Source of the DNA: a virus
Lineage: Duplodnaviria; Caudoviricetes
DNA: 55,553 nt
IMG/VR virus record: IMGVR_UViG_3300009184_000006
Coordinates: 1 to 55,553 of that record
Direction: 5' to 3' (one strand)
Positions 42,901 through 50,250 of this stretch are shown here, one piece after another; position 1 is the first letter of the stretch; every line of letters starts with the position of its first letter. The position numbers and the translations under genes were made by a program. A model generated the notes under the pieces. That model worked only from the letters and a program-made list of their open reading frames with translations. It was not told where the DNA came from and did not search any database.

Positions 42901-43470
42901 GTCCGAAAAGAACGCTTTAGTCGTTTCGTTCGAGTTAATCGCTGAGCTGAGAACGTTAGCACTTTGCAGCGCTGAGGCCACGACAGCAGTCCCGACATCT
43001 TTACCGGTGACAGCAGCCACGGTGGCGTTAGCTATCGCATTACGAGCCAAATCGGGTAGGCTGTTGAATCCATCGATTGAGCCAAGCGCCAGCGGGATAC
43101 CGGAAGCGACACCAGTCAGCAGAGCAGTATTGAGATCCCGTCCGGTGATTGCGGCAGCGGTCACATTCTTTGCGACGTTAGTAGCGATGGTGGTGGCCAC
43201 CGGGGAGCCGGACACAGCGCCGACCTCCGTTCCTACTACGTTACCAACGTACGACCCCACATACGATCCGACGCCGCCTACAACAGCGGATTTCAGCACA
43301 TCACTGGGCGAACCTCCTTGCAAAGCCGTGGCAGTCCCCGCGATAGTGGCAGCACCCACCGCTGTCGCGACTGTAGAGGATACTACGACGTCCGCAGCAA
43401 TCGTAGCAATAACCGCAGTACCGACGTACTCGGCACCGATCAGGATGATGACTGGTAATGCTGCTGGCAT
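39946..43470 (-). CDS. Large internal virion protein with ~46-aa tandem repeats
   Basis: 1174 aa; hydrophobic N-terminus, coiled coil, repeats, C-terminal DDLIDAKLADGEYV. Confidence 0.7.
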   Translation of the reverse strand: MPAALPVIILIGAEYVGTAVIATIAADVVVSSTVATAVGAATIAGTATALQGGSPSDVLKSAVVGGVGSYVGSYVGNVVGTEVGAVSGSPVATTIATNVAKNVTAAAITGRDLNTALLTGVASGIPLALGSIDGFNSLPDLARNAIANATVAAVTGKDVGTAVVASALQSANVLSSAINSNETTKAFFSDPANKAATTLVSNAFNYSMSAAIRGRDVSSALEASLTRSLAEIVSSKANTELKEYTTRAQEAYKTAQAQEQSMLAASETEAKAIQAFNDVNNPLREKFDKQKTLIDDFNAKKATWQSMVDEGDNAGANAYVGKVNEAAKLANAAVDDVNKYYTDNKDVLASAKKAYDDANSNVVSTKDEYNKTLATLKDTSTELDKNLVNYQSQVDAVVAKAIDPYETTKDEARQYFANQGYEATEDELNKYVGLNEQEKTGQTIESTFDPLAVTSGEASEGFSKEGYSATQDQIKEYLGNRNEADTIAALRAKYDPLATMADEATEFFKKEGYIPTEEELKDYVGNKAEVDTSRDISAYADPRAVIEEEARAQYLAQGIPDPTREELDKYIQQRTETEVLAELDKFADPMGTTAQEARAFAAKYNLNPDSIDNLAQLTDMRTSELGSQESLSEYRNAIRSTDPEYYSAQDRAFKYAISQGKSQDEARAFADEYAKAMVGRDVESSDKPTLTRDIGPVMFGGQVGSEDYYAAPGTRLATMDEVTADQTSGGGKTYYDPNVNAWVTSITPDIGDLSNKQSVTTKELADYQSGDGSYRVPNPDGSYHMYSSQGVYMGVYTGNDAFVSYEPELSPFDVKPDFAGYPIQNFGGGEEANWDSFNDSMKSIMEERGGFPVGWQQVGTDRVFVYDDGTGIGMNENGDPYALDEDEVTKMVDNGLLNTAASGYEFGSDTEGTSASTPYKNIPGAKVPTFKMVNTPGSSTGFVSPTQKSSTSSSAPISSTSPSASSPASALQAAAASDKAQGSTLGKIPGSWVGGLGRPSTFIDPLQATGLDITGQEDSEDMYSTSPLAAAAAPRREEEMSLQPEVNYYSYGYEPSYSSIIQPYKNPSTMYAKGGEVMNSPLMAAQGGDVPHKGSHYVQGAGGGQDDLIDAKLADGEYVLDAEIVASLGDGSNKRGAEILDKWRKSIRKHKRSASIDGIPPKAKSPLEYMKGIK

Positions 43471-43471
43471 A

Positions 43472-43900
43472 TCAGAATGTCATGTAGTAGGCAGTGGTGG
43501 TCTGGTCCGTCCCCGGGTACTGCACTTCCTTGGTCTGGAAAGGCAGACGGGTGCGCTTGGCCACCATCGCGAATTTGGGGTCATCGGTGTAAGTGTAAGC
43601 TGTCTTCACACCAATGTTCTTGAGGTAACGCGCAAGCTGAATGAAATTCCGCGACAACGATACCGAGTCTTCCTGCGTGGTCATGGTGTGGACTTCGACG
43701 AGTCCTTTACCCTTTACGATGACCAAGAATACCGTGTTACCAAGATGTACGAGCTTCGCGCCTTTGTCTTTCGTGAGCTTTACCAATCCGGCCATCATCT
43801 GCTCCACTTGCTGCGGCGATGAAGCTTCCTGCGCAAAGTACTCACGACAGATTCGGTTAACCTCTTTGATTTCTTCGAGTGATGAGTCTGCTGTGGCCAT
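43472..43900 (-). CDS. Hypothetical protein
   Basis: 142 aa; translationally coupled. Confidence 0.65.
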   Translation of the reverse strand: MATADSSLEEIKEVNRICREYFAQEASSPQQVEQMMAGLVKLTKDKGAKLVHLGNTVFLVIVKGKGLVEVHTMTTQEDSVSLSRNFIQLARYLKNIGVKTAYTYTDDPKFAMVAKRTRLPFQTKEVQYPGTDQTTTAYYMTF

Positions 43901-44151
43901 TATGCACCTACTGCGGGGTTAACGGCATTGACCACGGCTTCGGCCCAGTCATACCAGAGATCATAAGCGTAGGGGTCCGGTATCGCCTCGTTTGCAAGCA
44001 AGTCGATTCCCTTGAACCCCGCCGCCCATTGCTGCCAGTTTTTTTCGACGCTTGGGATTTCGAGCTGCTGATTCGCATACAGCTCGCACATGAGGCTCGC
44101 CCAAGAGTCCCAAGAATGGTAGCGTGGATCGTAGACGAGTGCGACAGCCAT
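43900..44151 (-). CDS. Small Trp-rich virion-associated protein
   Basis: 83 aa; translationally coupled. Confidence 0.65.
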   Translation of the reverse strand: MAVALVYDPRYHSWDSWASLMCELYANQQLEIPSVEKNWQQWAAGFKGIDLLANEAIPDPYAYDLWYDWAEAVVNAVNPAVGA

Positions 44152-46352
44152 CAGTACGGCCTTATATCGCCGGTGTCGGCATTGAGTAGCAAACGGCCAA
44201 GCTGGTAGTCACCACCCTGCACGTTGCTACGAAAACGTAGGCGAAGCTCGCGGCGTTGTTCGCGAAGATCGATTCGCCCAGTGGTCTGGTCAAAAAAGTA
44301 CGGCCCGGTGATAATGTCGTCGGCTTGAGCAAATGGACGACCGTACACGTACAGCTCCATTTCGCCACTCATGATGAAGTCCGGCTCCAAACGCTCGATG
44401 TGCAAACCGATGTTGTCACCAACTCCGGTGGACTGCGACGGACCACCGGATACCCACCCCAGATCGTTGGTCTCGAAGTAGCTCTCGATCGCGTTTTGAA
44501 CATCCCCAATGATAGCGTCGGTGCCGAATTCGTGCTGCCACAGGTTGATTCGATCTTCTGGAGTGCTGAACGTCAACGTCTCCGTTACCGTCGCTGTGGC
44601 CGCTTGCGACAGCGTAATGATCTGGGTCCAGATCGCAGTGATCGGAACCGAAAACCCGCTGCCCGTGCCCCCAATGGTCGCCGCCGTAGCGCTGAGGGCA
44701 TTGCCGATAATGTACCCCGCACCCAGTGTAGTGATAGTAACTGTAGTCACCACAGCACCCGCCACCACTATGGTAGCCCTGGCTCCAAACCCAGTGCCGC
44801 CGGTGAGCGCCACGTTAGTGTAAGTACCGTTGGTGTACAAAGAACCCCCGGTAATCGCCCCGAGTGTTTTAATACCACTCGATGTTATGTTGTTAACTAC
44901 CGTGTTACTCGGGATATTAGTTCCGGTCACGACTTGGCCAAGCTCTACATCGCCGTTGTAGGTGTCGCTGGTAAGGGTCGTCCTGCCCGATATCAACGCA
45001 TAACTCGCTGTAAACACGATTTCCGTTTCGATTACATCCCAGCCAGCATTGACGGGGTATTGGAACACCTGCGAGAAATACCCCGCTGAGCGTCTTGCAC
45101 CGTTGGCTTGGCCAGCATCGTACCAAGTACCTTCGCGCACGTTGTAGATGATCACGTCGGTGCACTCGGTCGCGTCGCCACGTGGATAAAACCACCAGAT
45201 TTCTCCGAATCGCGGAACCTTGGTCGCCCACACCTTTTGGCGCTGTGCGTAGTTAAGGTTATCGAAGAAGTAATTCTGGTTCATGTTATTGGGGATCTCT
45301 TTGACCACACCGTTGTAAAGCATGAACCGGTCCACAGCGCACCAGTAGTAAATACCGTCGTATTCGATAGCCGACTGGCTGGAAAGTATCGACGTTTGAC
45401 TAGTGATAATGTCGTAGCGCCAGTATTGAGCCGGTGTTCCTTGGCCCCCGATGTAGGACACACGAACCAGCGAATCAATCGACCAAAACAGGCCGGACGG
45501 AGCGTTCGAACCACCGCGCACCGGGAGACCCTGCACGATCTTGCCGGTAGCAACGTTTGTCTCGTTAGCATCAGCGCTCACCCAGTCGTCGGGGTTACCA
45601 GCTGCGCAATTACGGATGAGTCCGTCGTTACCGTACACAAAAATGTAGGGGTGCAGCACTACGACGCCACCAGAAACATCCACGTCGTTATCTATCGTGA
45701 GTGTAGACGATCCGGTGATCGTAGCAGCGTTAGAAATCGTGAATACAGTAGCATTTGTGACTGACACCACCGTAGTGTTCGCCGGTATGCCGGTACCCGT
45801 GACGATCTGCCCCGCGCCAATCAGATCGGTGCTGACCACGGTAACAGTAGTGGAGGTAGCGAGTGTAGCAGCGATGGTAAAAATACCGATCGCATTCAAC
45901 GTGGTTCCGGTGATGCTGCCTATAAGCACCGGAGTGTTAGCGGTACTATCGATCGCTACGAGGTTCTGTCCCGGGTGAGCTACGATAGTGTTGTCCGCCC
46001 CCTCGCGATTGTAGAAACCGTCGAATTGCCACAAATTCAGTGCGCTTGCTGTAAACCCGTTCAGCGTAAATGTGCTAGCCCCCGCACCAATTCCGTTTTC
46101 ATCGATAGCTATTGTTTGCAGTCCATCACTATATCCACTAAAAATGGCGGTGAAGTTGTCCTGTGCGTTCAACCAAATGCCGCGTGACGGACCCACAAAG
46201 TCCGCACTAATCTGCTTGTACCCGCGAATTTTTCGTGGACGGCCCCGCTGGAATCGAACCCACCGGCCATCAGTGTAGAAGTCCATGTCGAACACTGTAC
46301 CATCCCGCTGGATGCCGGGTTTGGTGTCGAGCGCAAAGACTTTAACGGTCAT
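44151..46352 (-). CDS. Tail nozzle/stabilisation protein (P22 gp10-like)
   Basis: KPGI.RDGT...WVRFQRGRPRKI.G, FGEIWWFYP; ATGA coupling. Confidence 0.7.
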   Translation of the reverse strand: MTVKVFALDTKPGIQRDGTVFDMDFYTDGRWVRFQRGRPRKIRGYKQISADFVGPSRGIWLNAQDNFTAIFSGYSDGLQTIAIDENGIGAGASTFTLNGFTASALNLWQFDGFYNREGADNTIVAHPGQNLVAIDSTANTPVLIGSITGTTLNAIGIFTIAATLATSTTVTVVSTDLIGAGQIVTGTGIPANTTVVSVTNATVFTISNAATITGSSTLTIDNDVDVSGGVVVLHPYIFVYGNDGLIRNCAAGNPDDWVSADANETNVATGKIVQGLPVRGGSNAPSGLFWSIDSLVRVSYIGGQGTPAQYWRYDIITSQTSILSSQSAIEYDGIYYWCAVDRFMLYNGVVKEIPNNMNQNYFFDNLNYAQRQKVWATKVPRFGEIWWFYPRGDATECTDVIIYNVREGTWYDAGQANGARRSAGYFSQVFQYPVNAGWDVIETEIVFTASYALISGRTTLTSDTYNGDVELGQVVTGTNIPSNTVVNNITSSGIKTLGAITGGSLYTNGTYTNVALTGGTGFGARATIVVAGAVVTTVTITTLGAGYIIGNALSATAATIGGTGSGFSVPITAIWTQIITLSQAATATVTETLTFSTPEDRINLWQHEFGTDAIIGDVQNAIESYFETNDLGWVSGGPSQSTGVGDNIGLHIERLEPDFIMSGEMELYVYGRPFAQADDIITGPYFFDQTTGRIDLREQRRELRLRFRSNVQGGDYQLGRLLLNADTGDIRPY

Positions 46353-47596
46353 GTAAAGACGCCCCCGGAGATGCCCCCGGTGAATGTGCCAGTACCCGCG
46401 TAGGTCAACCCCGTAGCGGTGAGCGTCAAGCGCAGCACGCCGAGAATCGACACGTTCCACTGTCCGGAACCGGCGCGGTACATGCCCGTGGTGGGTTCGT
46501 TGCCGTAATACAAAGCGGGGCTGGCGACACTGCCGTCGATCAAGCCTATGGATACCGAACCCGCAAGCACAGTGTTAGCGTTGAGAATATTTACCGAGTC
46601 GCACACCAATGTGGCTTGCTGATTCGACGCGATAGAAGCGGTAGAAGCGCCGGACACCCCAGTAGAAATCGTGACTGTAAAGTTAGACGCAGTGCCATTA
46701 GTGGCGTTTTGCACATAGTACACTTGGATGGTTTGTGGTACGACAATCGTCACGTTTCCAGTCAATGTACCGGTAAATTTTAGAATAACGTTCGTAGCCT
46801 CAGCGGACGTCAGTGTGTACGTGCCGCTGGTCACCGCTTTGGTGAGTTGTGTGAAGTTGAACTGCGAATTCTTGCCTAGCCCCACCGTGTAGAACGCCGT
46901 GCCCGAGGAGACGATAATCGCGGAATCGCCAGCTTGAAAAGTAACAGTGAGTGATCCATTGAGTAGATCCGACCCGTTGGTGTTGACTGCTAGCGCACCA
47001 GTACCGGAATTGCGCACCAATACAAACCAATTTTCACCCAGCGTCGCTGCTGCATCCAATGTTAAAGTACCCGCACCACCGGTCCACACCAGCGTTTCGG
47101 CTCGATCAGCGCTCGCCGCCGCCCTATCCGATGAAAAAGTCGTAACAGGGTGCGATTGATTCAGAGTCTGCCCAATGGCGACTAATCCATAGCCAGCTAG
47201 CGTCGCGGCATCCGCACCGGAGGAACCGATGCCGAAAGCGATGATGCCCCAAGTACCGGCGGTGGTAGCATTGGTGATAACGTAGATGTACTGGGCTTGC
47301 CCCGCAGCGACCGTTACAATAGTGTTCGCACCGGAGTAGTCTTTAACCGTTACAGCGACAGCGCCGACGTTGCGAATCAGTGCGTCTTGGCCCACGGATG
47401 TTTGGTTAGCCGGTGGCATCCACAGCTCGTGCGCGGTGGAAGCGGTGGACACCTCCATGATGCGAGCGGCAGCGGCGTCGTCGGTAGTACCATTGATGGG
47501 CCACTCCAACTGCAAGTCAGTGGTCAGGATGATGCGGCGGTAGGAAACGTCGGTGGGCTGAATGACGTTACCAGTAAAAGGGGAATTGTAACTCAT
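46349..47596 (-). CDS. Tail structural/short fibre protein
   Basis: 415 aa; Thr/Gly-rich; ends GISGGVF. Confidence 0.65.
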   Translation of the reverse strand: MSYNSPFTGNVIQPTDVSYRRIILTTDLQLEWPINGTTDDAAAARIMEVSTASTAHELWMPPANQTSVGQDALIRNVGAVAVTVKDYSGANTIVTVAAGQAQYIYVITNATTAGTWGIIAFGIGSSGADAATLAGYGLVAIGQTLNQSHPVTTFSSDRAAASADRAETLVWTGGAGTLTLDAAATLGENWFVLVRNSGTGALAVNTNGSDLLNGSLTVTFQAGDSAIIVSSGTAFYTVGLGKNSQFNFTQLTKAVTSGTYTLTSAEATNVILKFTGTLTGNVTIVVPQTIQVYYVQNATNGTASNFTVTISTGVSGASTASIASNQQATLVCDSVNILNANTVLAGSVSIGLIDGSVASPALYYGNEPTTGMYRAGSGQWNVSILGVLRLTLTATGLTYAGTGTFTGGISGGVFT

Positions 47597-48228
47597 GAAT
47601 CAAGTACCGTTGCTTGTCGGTCACCAATACGGGTGAGATCCTCGCCCTTAAGCACTCGCACGATCTCGTCGTACTCGGCTTTCCACATCGGGAGTCGGGC
47701 GTCATTTTTAAGATAGGGCATAGCTTGGAGGAGCGAGCCGTAGAGCATGGCTTGGGGTGAGTACTGGGTGAACCAGTTGGTCTGGTTACTTGAATCCAGC
47801 GGCTGCGCACGCTCGTAGTACAGCACCTCGAAATCGTAGGCCAGCGCCGGAGTGGGGGCCACGAGCCAGTGGGTGTAGTCGTAGTCGCAGTAATATCTCG
47901 GAACTTCCGTGGTGGTGGCATTGGGCCAATACTCACGAAGGTACTCGTACTTGCGCAGTAGCACCGGCTGGCGCTCCCCGGCTACGGTGATATTCATGGA
48001 CACGGTCTTGCGCCACCGGGCCGGTTTGTCGATAATGCTGGCCCCTATCGTCATCGTACTAGCGTTGACGGTGAGGTTCCCGAGGAATTTGATGTCGGCT
48101 GCAAGCTTTTGCTCGCAGAGCATGATGAAGAGCGGGATCTTGGCCAGCGTGGCTGCGTCAATACGCTCCAGATACTGCTGGATGTCTAGCACTAGACTAT
48201 CGTAAGTCATCACTACAGCAGTAGTCAT
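47593..48228 (-). CDS. Head-tail adaptor protein
   Basis: MTYDSL..DI..YL.R...IP.FI...E, P.YY, APTP, LYGSL..A.PYLKND. Confidence 0.75.
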   Translation of the reverse strand: MTTAVVMTYDSLVLDIQQYLERIDAATLAKIPLFIMLCEQKLAADIKFLGNLTVNASTMTIGASIIDKPARWRKTVSMNITVAGERQPVLLRKYEYLREYWPNATTTEVPRYYCDYDYTHWLVAPTPALAYDFEVLYYERAQPLDSSNQTNWFTQYSPQAMLYGSLLQAMPYLKNDARLPMWKAEYDEIVRVLKGEDLTRIGDRQATVLDS

Positions 48229-48258
48229 ATAGTTATCCTCTATCGATCAGTGCATCAG

Positions 48259-48288
48259 ATTTTAACATGTATTTCGTTCTAGAGTCAA
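48259..48288 (-). promoter_or_regulatory. Possible promoter for the tail operon
   Basis: TTGACT-18-TAAAAT with TG extension; GATAGAGGA RBS downstream. Confidence 0.5.
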
Positions 48289-48629
48289 GCTCCTACATTT
48301 CTTTCGAAGTGCGGACAATCCACCAGCGACTTGAAATTTCCACCCCACCGGTTCTTGGGGTGAAGAGACTCCCAGTAGACACCCAGAGGGGCGAGGATAC
48401 CCTTGTCCCAGATGATCTGCCCATCCTTGAAGAAGTTAAGATCGATCGCGCAGCGCTTGAGGTGAATGGAGTTTAGGGTCTTGGAACGACCAGTCTTGAC
48501 GTAGATCGCTTGCTGTTCCGGGGTGCGAGCCAGTTCCCCACCGGTGACCACGAACCCCTGCTCCGTGGCGTGCTGAATGAGCTTGCAAGCGTCGAGGAGG
48601 AACGCGGCTTGTTCTTGGCTAAGGCTCAT
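48285..48629 (-). CDS. Endolysin, M15-family Zn peptidase
   Basis: RTPEQQ...S.H....AID...RWGGNF...DCPHFE; start at MSLSQ. Confidence 0.85.
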   Translation of the reverse strand: MSLSQEQAAFLLDACKLIQHATEQGFVVTGGELARTPEQQAIYVKTGRSKTLNSIHLKRCAIDLNFFKDGQIIWDKGILAPLGVYWESLHPKNRWGGNFKSLVDCPHFERNVGA

Positions 48630-49144
48630 TCTTTGCCCCCTTTGCGCATTTCCATGACCTTCTCGACCGTGCGACCACCAAAGTAGGCCGTCATCACCAG
48701 CATGCCCCACTGGCCCAGCAGGGCGACGTAGGACTCTTGCACTTGGATTCCTGCGGCGCTCAGGCCAGCAAAGATCAGGTAGGCAGTCAAGATGTAAATC
48801 AGCGTGCCGGGGCGAATGTTCTTGGACAGCCAAGAGTCGGAAGACATGTCGGCCTTCCAGCGGTCGGTCACATTGTTGTCTTCAGCTACTTTAGCTGCCA
48901 GCAGCGCTTTGAGTTCTTCCTGCTCTAGTCGGGCCTTTTCGATACCCAGCTCCAGCAGTCGCTCCTCGTGGTCGTACTGGAGTTGGCGCAACTTGGCGAC
49001 CTCAGCATCAGTGGGGTTGTCGGAGATCTTGACACCAAGAGTATTCTCGACGACTTCCTTGCCTTTAGCTTGGATAGCCGAGGACAAAAGACCCAGACCA
49101 TTCTGGGCCAGAGTGCCGAGTAGTGATGCGACGATTGGGATCAT
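48626..49144 (-). CDS. Putative holin (GTA 3TM-like)
   Basis: DM.SDSWLSKNIRP, two TM segments, YFGGR. Confidence 0.7.
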   Translation of the reverse strand: MIPIVASLLGTLAQNGLGLLSSAIQAKGKEVVENTLGVKISDNPTDAEVAKLRQLQYDHEERLLELGIEKARLEQEELKALLAAKVAEDNNVTDRWKADMSSDSWLSKNIRPGTLIYILTAYLIFAGLSAAGIQVQESYVALLGQWGMLVMTAYFGGRTVEKVMEMRKGGKE

Positions 49145-49145
49145 T

Positions 49146-49499
49146 TCAATCCTTCCCAGTTATGGTTTTGATCGGCTTAGCAACATGAGTCTTCTCTTCC
49201 AAGATTGCAATATGCATTCGGTTTTCCGCGATCTGGTCGCGGTTGCGTTGAATTTCCTTTTCAAGGTCTTGACGCAGCTTTTCTCGGGCTAATTCGGCCC
49301 CAGAATTTACCGCTTGCCGATTGTCCGAAGTGACCACAAGTGATATTTTACTGTTAAGTATGGTGACTTCGTGTGCTAGATTAGACAGTGCACTCATCAA
49401 ATATACGACGCAAGAAAAAAGGAGTGGGAGAAGCGCGAAGGTGATCTTCTCGATTAAAGCACCTTTACTTTCCATCGCTTGAATCTTCTCCTCACTCAT
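49146..49499 (-). CDS. Membrane-anchored coiled-coil protein (lysis region)
   Basis: N-terminal TM segment + coiled coil. Confidence 0.6.
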   Translation of the reverse strand: MSEEKIQAMESKGALIEKITFALLPLLFSCVVYLMSALSNLAHEVTILNSKISLVVTSDNRQAVNSGAELAREKLRQDLEKEIQRNRDQIAENRMHIAILEEKTHVAKPIKTITGKD

Positions 49500-49697
49500 T
49501 CAGATCCCCAGCATCTTTTTGACAAATTCCCCAGCCACCCCCGGGCCGAACAGGACGGCGATCAGAAGCACATACAGGAGTATCTCGATCTTGTTGATCC
49601 GTTTGTCGCCATCGCGCAGTGAACGATCGATCGAGTTGTACCGCTCAGTGCAAACGGCCTCGTGCACGGCCAAACGGGTGTCTAGGGAATCCGACAT
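49500..49697 (-). CDS. Small membrane protein
   Basis: HEAVC.ERY...I.KIE + C-terminal TM segment. Confidence 0.65.
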   Translation of the reverse strand: MSDSLDTRLAVHEAVCTERYNSIDRSLRDGDKRINKIEILLYVLLIAVLFGPGVAGEFVKKMLGI

Positions 49698-49701
49698 CGA
49701 G

Positions 49702-49863
49702 TTACTCCGCTACTGGCGCGACTTCGACGACTTCGGGGGCAGCCTGAGCTTGCGCTTCTTGCTGAATACCGCTGATCAATTGTTGCACTTGAACGTAGGG
49801 TTGGTTACCAAGGTACTGCAGAATTGCGTTGACCAGCTCAGTTGAAAATGCGATTTTTTGCAT
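49702..49863 (-). CDS. 53-aa hypothetical protein (not in ORF track)
   Basis: GGAGAG RBS; MQKIAFSTELVNAILQYLGNQPY... Confidence 0.7.
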   Translation of the reverse strand: MQKIAFSTELVNAILQYLGNQPYVQVQQLISGIQQEAQAQAAPEVVEVAPVAE

Positions 49864-49920
49864 GAAATACTCTCCAAGATGTTGTCCGCTGTTTTAAGGC
49901 CAGCGGGTTGCCCACCCGTA

Positions 49921-50247
49921 TTATACCGCAGGTGCGACCCAAGGCAACGGGGTGTTCTGTGGGCTGACAGGCGGGGTGATCATGCTGTCGATCTGGCCCT
50001 GTACACAGGCTTGTGCGCTTGCCATGGCGTTCTCTGGAATCCAGCCAATGACGATAGCTTGGGTAAGCTGGTCGTAGGGGATGAATGTTTCAGGCGCTTG
50101 GCTCGAGTCAAAGGTGGTGTTGCCACCGATGCTGGCAGTGTATTCCCCGTCCACGCCAGTGACTTCCCACAAAGCGTTGACCACATAGTTGGGATCAGGC
50201 TGTTGCAAGGCGTACATCGAGGTGATGGTCGTGGTGAAAGTTGTCAT
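49921..50247 (-). CDS. Tail-fibre-associated small protein
   Basis: FIPYDQLT...VIGWI...LPW; follows the fibre gene. Confidence 0.7.
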   Translation of the reverse strand: MTTFTTTITSMYALQQPDPNYVVNALWEVTGVDGEYTASIGGNTTFDSSQAPETFIPYDQLTQAIVIGWIPENAMASAQACVQGQIDSMITPPVSPQNTPLPWVAPAV

Positions 50248-50250
50248 GGT